64,000 nt of DNA from an uncultured Gammaproteobacteria bacterium (GTDB taxonomy: Bacteria; Patescibacteriota; Patescibacteriia; Patescibacteriales; GWC2-42-12): assembly GCA_964431805.1 (NCBI GenBank), contig CAYSKV010000005.1:3435-67434 (forward strand), given 5' to 3'. Below the pieces are notes generated by a model. That model ran no database searches. It saw only the letters and a program-made list of their open reading frames with translations, and was not told where the DNA came from. Below are positions 29,736 to 37,181 of this stretch, one piece after another. How positions within the stretch are numbered: position 1 is the first letter of the stretch; every line of letters starts with the position of its first letter. Both the position numbers and the translations under genes were made by a program.

Positions 29736-29854
29736 AATAAAGGTGAAAATAATGCTGGGAAGTTGTTATAGAATTTTAAGGCCTATTAATTTTATATGCC
29801 TAATTCTATATATAGAGGCATGCCTCTTATCTCAGCATTGTTTTCACCTTTATT
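29736..29854 (+). repeat. 119-nt element closed by a 25-bp inverted repeat (long hairpin / MITE-like)
   Basis: AATAAAGGTGAAAATAATGCTGGGA (29736-29760) pairs with TCTCAGCATTGTTTTCACCTTTATT (29830-29854). There are 23 Watson-Crick pairs plus 2 G.U pairs, which are valid only in plus-sense RNA. An inner ATGCCT/AGGCAT hairpin is present. Confidence 0.6.
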
Positions 29855-30287
29855 ATTTATTAAATTTTTAAAGATTGCTTAGCTTGACTTTTTTAAGCTT
29901 TTTTAGCTTAATAAATTAATACAGCATATATTTATAATCTTGTCAATACTTTTCACAATAAATATTTATTTTTTAGCTAATAATAAACAAAATTAAATCT
30001 TATCTATTCCTCTCTTTAATAGGGATAAAAATAATATAACCCCTTGCCAAACCACCAGTCTTATGTTAAGCTAAAAACTGTTAACAATTAATAATAATCT
30101 TCAGTAGTCGGAAGGCTTACGGATAATTCAGATAAGATTAAATTTTACTATTAGATTCGCAAATTTGTGGTACTTAACACTTTTTCTAAAACTCAAAGTT
30201 ACTCTCAAAATATTTTGCTCAAACTAAAATAAATTTGGTCTTGTTTTGTTATAAAAAAATTAGCCTCCGACGCTGGAATATCATTTT

Positions 30288-31805
30288 ATGTATTACGCAA
30301 TTATTGGAATTCTAGCTTTAATCGGTGGTTTTTTTGTTGGTTATTTAGTAAGAAAAAGCCGCGGCTTAGCTCAAGTTACGAGCGCCGAATCACGCGCTGA
30401 AAAAATCTTAAATGAAACTAAGGCCAAACAAAAAGAACTACTACTCGAAGCTCAAGAAAAAGCTTTAAAAATTATTGAGGAAGCTAAAAAAGAAGATGAA
30501 ATAAGACGCCGAGAAATTAACGGCTTACAATCTCGTTTAGAAAAACGTGAAACCGTCTTCTCGCAAAAATTGTTAGAGTTGCAAGATAAGCAACAGCAAC
30601 TTTATGACAAAGTTAATAAGGTTGAAGAAGTAAAAGAAAAAATTAAAAAAATCCATGAAGACCAATTAGCTAAATTAGAAAAAATTGCTGGACTTTCTAA
30701 AGAAGAGGCTAAGCAAGTTTTATTTAAAAACATTGAAAACGACATTAAAGATGATTTAGTTATTAGAATTAATAAACTTGAAAAAGAATCTTCTGATTCT
30801 TTAGATGATAAAGCACGCGATTTAATGGCCGGCGCTATTCAAAGATTAGCTTCAACTTACGCCACGGAAATTACTACTACTACGGTTGACTTGCCTAATG
30901 ACGAAATGAAAGGCCGCATTATCGGCCGCGAAGGCAGAAACATTAAAGTCATTGAACAACTTACCGGCGTAGAAATTATTGTTGACGACACGCCTAACGC
31001 TATAACTATTTCCGGCTTCTCGCCAATCAGGCGCCATATTGCTAAAAGAACTTTAGACCACTTAATTAAAGATGGCCGCATTCACCCAACTAAAATTGAA
31101 GACGCTATTAAATTAGCCAAAGAAGAATTAGCTTTAGACATTAAAAAGGCTGGCGAAGAAGCCATGTATGAAGTTGGCGTTACTGGTTTTGACCCGAAAT
31201 TAGTGCAAATTATTGGCCGCTTAAAATATCGCTCAAGCTATGGTCAAAATGCTTTACGCCATTCAGTAGAAGTAGCGCATTTATCAGCTTTACTCGCCGA
31301 AGAAATGGGCGCGGACGTAACTCTCGCTAAAAAAGGCGGGTTACTCCACGATATCGGTAAAGCAGTCGATCATGAAGTCCAAGGCACCCACCCAGAAATC
31401 GGCGCCAACATCGGTAAAAAATTTAATTTAACTCCGGAAATAATCGCGCCGATTTTAACTCACCATGAAGACAGACCAGACGGATTAATTTCTGTTATCG
31501 TTAAAGTTGCCGACGCTATTTCAGCCGCTCGACCAGGCGCTCGCCGCGATACTTTTGATCAATATATTCAACGCCTAGAAGAGCTAGAAAAAATTGCTAC
31601 TTCATTTGATGGTATTGAAAAAGCTTACGCCATTCAAGCCGGCCGCGAAGTTAGAATCTTTGTCACGCCTGATAAAATAGACGATTTAGCAGCAATTAAT
31701 TTAGCTAAAGAAATCGCTAAAAAAATTGAACAAGAATTAAAATATCCTGGAGAAATAAAAGTTAACGTCATTAGAGAAATGCGCGTAACCGAGTACGCGA
31801 GATAA
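30288..31805 (+). CDS. rny: Ribonuclease Y
   Basis: 505 aa. N-terminal TM, coiled coil, KH domain (GRIIGREGRNI), HD domain (HDIGKA..HH). Confidence 0.95.
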   Translation: MYYAIIGILALIGGFFVGYLVRKSRGLAQVTSAESRAEKILNETKAKQKELLLEAQEKALKIIEEAKKEDEIRRREINGLQSRLEKRETVFSQKLLELQDKQQQLYDKVNKVEEVKEKIKKIHEDQLAKLEKIAGLSKEEAKQVLFKNIENDIKDDLVIRINKLEKESSDSLDDKARDLMAGAIQRLASTYATEITTTTVDLPNDEMKGRIIGREGRNIKVIEQLTGVEIIVDDTPNAITISGFSPIRRHIAKRTLDHLIKDGRIHPTKIEDAIKLAKEELALDIKKAGEEAMYEVGVTGFDPKLVQIIGRLKYRSSYGQNALRHSVEVAHLSALLAEEMGADVTLAKKGGLLHDIGKAVDHEVQGTHPEIGANIGKKFNLTPEIIAPILTHHEDRPDGLISVIVKVADAISAARPGARRDTFDQYIQRLEELEKIATSFDGIEKAYAIQAGREVRIFVTPDKIDDLAAINLAKEIAKKIEQELKYPGEIKVNVIREMRVTEYAR

Positions 31806-31811
31806 TTAGTC

Positions 31812-31948
31812 TGTCATTGCGAGCGACTGAAAGGAGCGAAGTAATCTCACGCGCTATTTATTTAAATTATAGTTTTTTCTGTTGCTAGGTTTTATTTTAT
31901 AAAAATCTTCGCGAGATTGCTTCGTCGCTGAAGCTCCTCGCAATGACA
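31812..31948. repeat. Inverted pair of TGTCATTGCGAG-type hairpin repeats between rny and ymdB
   Basis: TGTCATTGCGAGCGACTGAAAGGAGCGAAGTAATCTC (31812-31848). The reverse-oriented copy GAGATTGCTTCGTCGCTGAAGCTCCTCGCAATGACA lies at 31913-31948. Confidence 0.7.
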
Positions 31949-31957
31949 ATTCATGTT

Positions 31958-32758
31958 ATGTTAAACATTCTCTTTATCGGTGAAGTTAATGGTAAAATTG
32001 GCCGCCGAGCAGTTCAAGAATTTTTGCCTAAACTTAAAAAAGAATTTAAGCCTGATTTAGTTATTTTAAACGCGGATAATTTAGCTCATGGCAATGGAGT
32101 TTCTGAAACTACTATAAAAGAAATGCAAAAAATTGGAGTTGATGCTTTTACCGGCGGTGATCATTGCTTCGGCAATACCGGCTCACTAAATATATATAAC
32201 AGTGATCTGCCATTACTCCGTCCAGCTAATTATTCCGAAAACGCTCCAGGTAAAGGTTCTATAATTATTGAACTAAAAAATGGTCATAAAATACTTTTAA
32301 TCAGCTTAATCGGGCAAGTTTTTATGTCTATGGATTATGATAATCCATTTAACAAAGTTGACCAAATTTTGTCTAATCTTGCCAATAATAATCTATCTGC
32401 TATAATAGTTGATATACATGCGGAAGCCACCTCAGAAAAAATTGCTTTAGGTCATTATTTAGACGGACGAATAAGCGCTATTTTAGGAACTCATACGCAC
32501 ATCATGACGGCTGACGCGCAAATTTCAAAATTAGGCACAGCGCTAATTACCGACATTGGCATGACTGGATTCGCTGATGGAGTTTTAGGAGTAGATAAAG
32601 AAGGTATCATTAAAACTTTTTTAACTCAGATTAAAACTTCGCATACTATTCCGGAAAAAGGCCGAACTTGTTTTAACGCCGTCTTGTTAACGATTGATCC
32701 AAAAACAAAACAAACAAAAAGCATTAAACCAATCACAAAATACATTAATATAAAATAA
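31958..32758 (+). CDS. ymdB: YmdB-like metallophosphoesterase (2',3'-cyclic-nucleotide phosphodiesterase family)
   Basis: Trimmed to MLNILFIGEVNGKIGR (the track start at 31943 lies inside the repeat). GDHCFG, HAEATSEK, GTHTH motifs. rny-ymdB synteny as in Firmicutes. Confidence 0.85.
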   Translation: MLNILFIGEVNGKIGRRAVQEFLPKLKKEFKPDLVILNADNLAHGNGVSETTIKEMQKIGVDAFTGGDHCFGNTGSLNIYNSDLPLLRPANYSENAPGKGSIIIELKNGHKILLISLIGQVFMSMDYDNPFNKVDQILSNLANNNLSAIIVDIHAEATSEKIALGHYLDGRISAILGTHTHIMTADAQISKLGTALITDIGMTGFADGVLGVDKEGIIKTFLTQIKTSHTIPEKGRTCFNAVLLTIDPKTKQTKSIKPITKYINIK

Positions 32759-32777
32759 TAAATTAACTTTAAAATTT

Positions 32778-33059
32778 ATGAACAAAGCAGGCTTAATAGA
32801 AAAAATTGCCGCTGAAGTAGCGGTAACAAAAAAACAGGCCGAAGATATGATTGAAGCTTTAGTCGGCACAATTATCGCAGAACTAAAAGCCGGCAATGAA
32901 GTTACTATAACTGGCTTTGGAACTTTTATGGCAAAATCTCGCCATGCTCGCGGCGGTGTTAACCCGCAAAAACCATCTGAAAGAATTCAAATTCCACAAG
33001 TCACAGTAGCTAAATTCAAAACTGGAAAAACTTTAAAAGACGCATTAAAAGGAAAATAA
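32778..33059 (+). CDS. hup: HU-family DNA-binding protein
   Basis: 93 aa. MNKAGLIEKIA..., GFGTF, RNPQ-like arm (GVNPQKP). Confidence 0.9.
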   Translation: MNKAGLIEKIAAEVAVTKKQAEDMIEALVGTIIAELKAGNEVTITGFGTFMAKSRHARGGVNPQKPSERIQIPQVTVAKFKTGKTLKDALKGK

Positions 33060-33107
33060 AAAACAGGCTGATATAAATAAAGAAGGCTTTAAAAGCCTTC
33101 TTTTTTG

Positions 33108-33127
33108 TGCGCTGCACAGGATTTGAA
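33108..33127 (-). repeat. Duplicated 3' fragment of tRNA-Lys (acceptor plus T-arm half)
   Basis: TGCGCTGCACAGGATTTGAA matches the tRNA-Lys 3' end TGCGCTGTACAGGATTCGAA (33220-33239) at 18/20 nt. It lies ~110 nt beyond the tRNA 3' end. Confidence 0.6.
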
Positions 33128-33219
33128 GGGGCGAAAGCCCCACCCCGACATAGCAGGTTCTCTATCGCACAACATACAAAAAAATAAAACCCCACCTTCG
33201 GCGGAGTTTTATTTTTTTG

Positions 33220-33292
33220 TGCGCTGTACAGGATTCGAACCTGTGACCTTATCCTTAAGAGGGATCTGCTCTACCAGCTGAGCTAACAGCGC
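33220..33292 (-). tRNA. tRNA-Lys (anticodon CTT)
   Basis: Cloverleaf by hand: GCGCTGT..GATCC-CTCTTAA-GGATA..ACAGG-TTCGAAT-CCTGT-ACAGCGC-A. Confidence 0.9.
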
Positions 33293-33309
33293 AAAATTAA
33301 TTGTTTTAG

Positions 33310-33383
33310 TGGCTGGGGAGAGGCTTGAACTCTCGACCTTGGCGTTATGAGTGCCACGCTCTAACCAACTGAGCTACCCAGCC
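33310..33383 (-). tRNA. tRNA with CAT anticodon (elongator Met or Ile2; not initiator-like)
   Basis: GGCTGGG..TGGCA-CTCATAA-CGCCA..CGAGA-GTTCAAG-CCTCT..CCCAGCC-A. G1-C72 is paired and there is no GGG/CCC anticodon stem, so it is not tRNA-fMet. Confidence 0.85.
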
Positions 33384-33396
33384 AAATTTTTATTTG

Positions 33397-33470
33397 TGCC
33401 CCGGAGAGGATTTGAACCCCTAACCTTGTGGTCCGAAGCCACACACTCTATCCAGTTGAGCTACCGGGGC
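33397..33470 (-). tRNA. tRNA-Arg (anticodon TCG)
   Basis: GCCCCGG..TGTGG-CTTCGGA-CCACA..AGGGG-TTCAAAT-CCTCT-CCGGGGC-A. Confidence 0.9.
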
Positions 33471-33580
33471 AAAAAACGTGGTAAAAACCCTTGATTATAT
33501 TATAGCAAAAAACTCCTAAATCAGGAGTTCTATTGCTATGCTAACATAAGTAAAAATAAAAATCAACAACAAAAATTTCT

Positions 33581-34891
33581 TTAATAACACCCCAGCTGGT
33601 TAATAGTAGCGCTGCAAGTCTGAGCTGTATCATGACAAGAACCCCAAGAATAAGTGCGATTGTTATATATACATGTCTCTTTAGCTATATTAGCCCATGC
33701 GTGGCTAGCAGTCGTGCATGATTGGGCTGGACAATTCGTAGCATTATTTGTAGTTCCGGTACAAGTCCTTACAACAGTGGCTGAATAATTATAGTAATTT
33801 GACCATCCGCTCGGGCAGCTACTAATTGATAATCTACAATAACTATTTGCGCCATCATTCATAACAGTTCCGCCCAAGCTTATACAATTAGAAGGCGTAT
33901 GTATGCCTTGGTAAAGAAGCTCTGTGGGAATAAAATAACAACAGTATGCTTCTGTTTTAATTTCCTCCCAATCACTATTATCAGTGCTATTACCACCTGA
34001 ACTACAAAGAGTTGTCTTAATACTAGCTACATAACTGCCATCCGGGCAACTAATAGATGATGTGCCTGGGCTGGCATAAGCACCTCTAACGCAACCTCCA
34101 GAATACCACGTACATCCATTACTTTGTTTTATATCCGTGGCGCCACCAATATACGCTGTTGTTTGTAAAGTCCCATCAGGAAATTTAATACCATCTACGC
34201 CGGCTGTGCCACCGATTGTTAATTTTGCGCTTGGAGTGGTTATCCCAATGCCGACGTTACCTTGATTATCTATACGCATTCGTTCAACAATAGTATTTGT
34301 GCCATCAGGGCTAGTAAAGAACGAGATACGGCCTGGAGTATCTGTTGTGTCCCCGGCAGTATCCCATTCGCCATCAGCTGCAATATATATCATTGCTGCC
34401 GGAAAAAAGGGAAAAAGGCCAGCTGCAACACTATATCCATATCCATTTAAAGACATGAGCCCATCATTATTTTGTACAACGGCTGGACTTGAAACGCTTC
34501 CGCGAGCGCGATAACCCTTGAAAGAAGGTCCATAACCAGGAAAAACAGAATTATAAGAATAATCACCAATTTCAGAATAACTGCCGTCGCTAACTACTGA
34601 TAGTTGATTTGCCGGGTTCGTCGTCCCAATCCCAACATTCCCTTTTTCCACAATCAAACCTAAAGGAGAAATGCCGTTAGTATTAATCCATAAAGCTCCT
34701 AATTTAGATTGTAAAAGTGGGCCAACGTTAAGCGGTTCGTCGCAACCTGGATCACCGGTATTACAAGTCGCCGGGTTAGCTAAAGGCGCGATCCAGGCGG
34801 CCAGGAGAGATTGAAATGAAATAGATAGGCCTAGAGTTAAAATAACAGCCGTAATTAGAAGAAGAGAGATTTTAAAATGCTTCTGGTACAT
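33581..34891 (-). CDS. Secreted surface protein with tail-fibre-like GNVGIG repeats and a Cys-rich C-terminal domain
   Basis: Trimmed to the ATG at 34889-34891 (MYQKHFKISLLLITAVILTL signal/anchor). Repeats GNVGIGTTNPANQLSVV and GNVGIGITTPSAKLTIGG. About 24 Cys in the last ~190 aa. Confidence 0.75.
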   Translation of the reverse strand: MYQKHFKISLLLITAVILTLGLSISFQSLLAAWIAPLANPATCNTGDPGCDEPLNVGPLLQSKLGALWINTNGISPLGLIVEKGNVGIGTTNPANQLSVVSDGSYSEIGDYSYNSVFPGYGPSFKGYRARGSVSSPAVVQNNDGLMSLNGYGYSVAAGLFPFFPAAMIYIAADGEWDTAGDTTDTPGRISFFTSPDGTNTIVERMRIDNQGNVGIGITTPSAKLTIGGTAGVDGIKFPDGTLQTTAYIGGATDIKQSNGCTWYSGGCVRGAYASPGTSSISCPDGSYVASIKTTLCSSGGNSTDNSDWEEIKTEAYCCYFIPTELLYQGIHTPSNCISLGGTVMNDGANSYCRLSISSCPSGWSNYYNYSATVVRTCTGTTNNATNCPAQSCTTASHAWANIAKETCIYNNRTYSWGSCHDTAQTCSATINQLGCY

Positions 34892-34903
34892 AAATAAAAA
34901 CAA

Positions 34904-35308
34904 TTAATTAATTTCCTTTTTTATTTGATTGTTGATTTCATCTATAATTTTCTGCCTTTCTTCTTGCGCTTTTAAATCAGCCTCTTTTTGTTCTGGGGTT
35001 TTATTTTGTTCGTACTTTATAATTTCAGTATTAATAGTACTAATCACTTCTTGTCTAACAGTATCTTCTGTCGCCGCGGGATCGTTTTTGGCATCTTCTA
35101 TTACTTTATCTACTTTCTGTTGTATCATGTCGGTTGTGGTAGTGCCAACGGCTTTATCGCCATTAAGTTGTTCGGCTTGATTATTATTTAATCCATTGTT
35201 TGCATTTGGCAAAATAAGCGTTTTATTCATGTAATACAAAATTAAAAAAATTACCAATAAAATTAAAAACAACACTAAAATAATTATTGTAGCTTTTTTG
35301 GGAGTCAT
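34904..35308 (-). CDS. Membrane-anchored coiled-coil protein, unknown function
   Basis: 134 aa. N-terminal TM (IIILVLFLILLVIFLILYY) then a charged helical region. Directly upstream of the surface protein. Confidence 0.55.
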   Translation of the reverse strand: MTPKKATIIILVLFLILLVIFLILYYMNKTLILPNANNGLNNNQAEQLNGDKAVGTTTTDMIQQKVDKVIEDAKNDPAATEDTVRQEVISTINTEIIKYEQNKTPEQKEADLKAQEERQKIIDEINNQIKKEIN

Positions 35309-35435
35309 AAATTAAAATTTATTTTTTAGATAAGTTCTTGTTATATTATACCAGAATTACTAATTTATGTAAAAAACAAAAACAGCATAAAAAATTTATA
35401 GCTGTTTTTTAATATTATTTTTTAAAGCCTTGCGC

Positions 35436-36146
35436 TTATTTTAAGTGTAAAGTTAAAACCAAATAATAATTATATTTATCTTTATACAATTTTTCTATTT
35501 TAAATCCCGCTTGAGAAACAAGTTTTTTTAATTGATTTTTAGTAAAAGCGTGATAATAGCGCTGGCTAATTTTTTCGCCTTTATTATTTTTCCAATCAAA
35601 TAAAATATCGCCAAAATCAAATTTATTTATACCAAATATTTTTAATAAACCATACTTTAAAATTATTCTTCTATATTTTTCCTTGCTCCAAAAATTCCAA
35701 ACCGTAATTATAATCTTGCCATTATTATTAATTTTATTTTTCATTTGTTCTAAGGCTTTTATTCTTAAATCTACGCTCGGCAGATGATGAAAAACCGCGA
35801 TGCAAAAAATATAATCAAAATTATTTTCTGGCAATTTATCTAATTCTAAAATATCGCCTAATAAAAATTTTATATTTGAGATTTGATAATTGTTTTTTGC
35901 TGCTTCAATTAATGTTTCACTATTATCCACGCCTAAATAATTTATTTTTTTATTTTTAAACGCTTCTACTAATCTGCCATTACCACAGCCCACGTCTAAA
36001 ATTTTATCACCATTTTTAACAAATTCAGCTAATTTTATTAACTCCGGCCATAAAAATTTTTTTCTAGTGGTATCAAAATCAAGCGCAATTTCTTCATAAT
36101 TGCGTTTAACCAAATTTAATAAATTTTCTTGAGTTTGTTTATCCAT
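35436..36146 (-). CDS. Class I SAM-dependent methyltransferase
   Basis: 236 aa. Motif I ILDVGCGNGR. Motif post-I and motif II patterns. Confidence 0.8.
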   Translation of the reverse strand: MDKQTQENLLNLVKRNYEEIALDFDTTRKKFLWPELIKLAEFVKNGDKILDVGCGNGRLVEAFKNKKINYLGVDNSETLIEAAKNNYQISNIKFLLGDILELDKLPENNFDYIFCIAVFHHLPSVDLRIKALEQMKNKINNNGKIIITVWNFWSKEKYRRIILKYGLLKIFGINKFDFGDILFDWKNNKGEKISQRYYHAFTKNQLKKLVSQAGFKIEKLYKDKYNYYLVLTLHLK

Positions 36147-36248
36147 ATTTAATTTTTAACATTTATTAGACAAAAAGAAAAGGGCGACTAATAAAAAAGC
36201 CCCGCTAACTTATTGTTAGCGGGGGTTAAAATTAAATTCCTTGATTAA

Positions 36249-37007
36249 TTAAACAAGTGTTATACCACCTCTGTTTAAGAATATCTTCTGCGCCGCCATC
36301 ATCACGCCGGTAGGCAACATCTGCCATTCAAACGGCAGGACATGTTGCTGCAATGCTTCAGCCGCCTCTTCAATGGTAATAATTTTTTTGAAACACTTGT
36401 TTATTATTTGCGTTGGTATTTCAACTTGACCCCTTAAAATTTCCGCTCCACCATCATATTTTTTGCTTACGTCTTCAGTCGCTGACAGAGGAATTTCGTG
36501 GATAGTCGGATAAGTAAAAAATCTATCTCCGATATCCGCTTTTTTTCTTTTTATCTGATCAATTATTTCTTCGAGCACGTGGATATGTGGTTTTAACCCC
36601 ATCATCTCAAAACCGCCATGTTTCTCTTTGTCTGCTGGGTGGATATTAAATACTGGGAATTGTTTAACCACCGGCACAAAATGTTTACAACCAACTGTAA
36701 AAATAAAATCCGGGCCAACCTGTTTAAATTTTTCCAGCATTTTTTCTTTAAAACAAATTAAACTGTTTGTCGGAGTTTCACAAAGTTGTTTAAAGGACTC
36801 TCTATCTATCGTATAATCCATTATTTTATATGTTTCCGCCCTCTTTAAACAAAAAGCTCCAGCCACAGTGCTAATCAATCCCACTAGCCTTACTTCAAAA
36901 TAATCATTGGTTAATTGTCCTTTTACGAATGCTTTAGCAATTGACTCGAAGTCAGTACCACTACCGCTTGCGATACATAATAACCTTAAAGTAATTTTTT
37001 CCATCAT
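36249..37007 (-). CDS. Formyltransferase-fold (PurN/GART-like) protein
   Basis: 252 aa. LLCIASGSGTDFESI N-terminus and FNIHPA..HGG resemble the NIHPSLLP catalytic region of formyltransferases. Divergent. Confidence 0.45.
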   Translation of the reverse strand: MMEKITLRLLCIASGSGTDFESIAKAFVKGQLTNDYFEVRLVGLISTVAGAFCLKRAETYKIMDYTIDRESFKQLCETPTNSLICFKEKMLEKFKQVGPDFIFTVGCKHFVPVVKQFPVFNIHPADKEKHGGFEMMGLKPHIHVLEEIIDQIKRKKADIGDRFFTYPTIHEIPLSATEDVSKKYDGGAEILRGQVEIPTQIINKCFKKIITIEEAAEALQQHVLPFEWQMLPTGVMMAAQKIFLNRGGITLV

Positions 37008-37181
37008 CTTCTTTCACCCTTTCCTTTCATATCATTTATATTAGTTTATACTTCTTTCCATTATTATTTATTAAATTGTCAAAGATCCATCTATATATAA
37101 AACAAAAACTAACCCCCTTCCTCCTTGGGTTAGTCTTTAATTTTCTAAAAAGATTTTACCTAATTTTAAATAAAAAGTCAA

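Noticed and set aside
33581-33800. The Asn-rich, Cys-rich extreme C-terminus of the surface protein as a diversity-generating retroelement variable region
   Set aside because: No reverse transcriptase gene and no template-repeat copy of this segment exist anywhere in the window.
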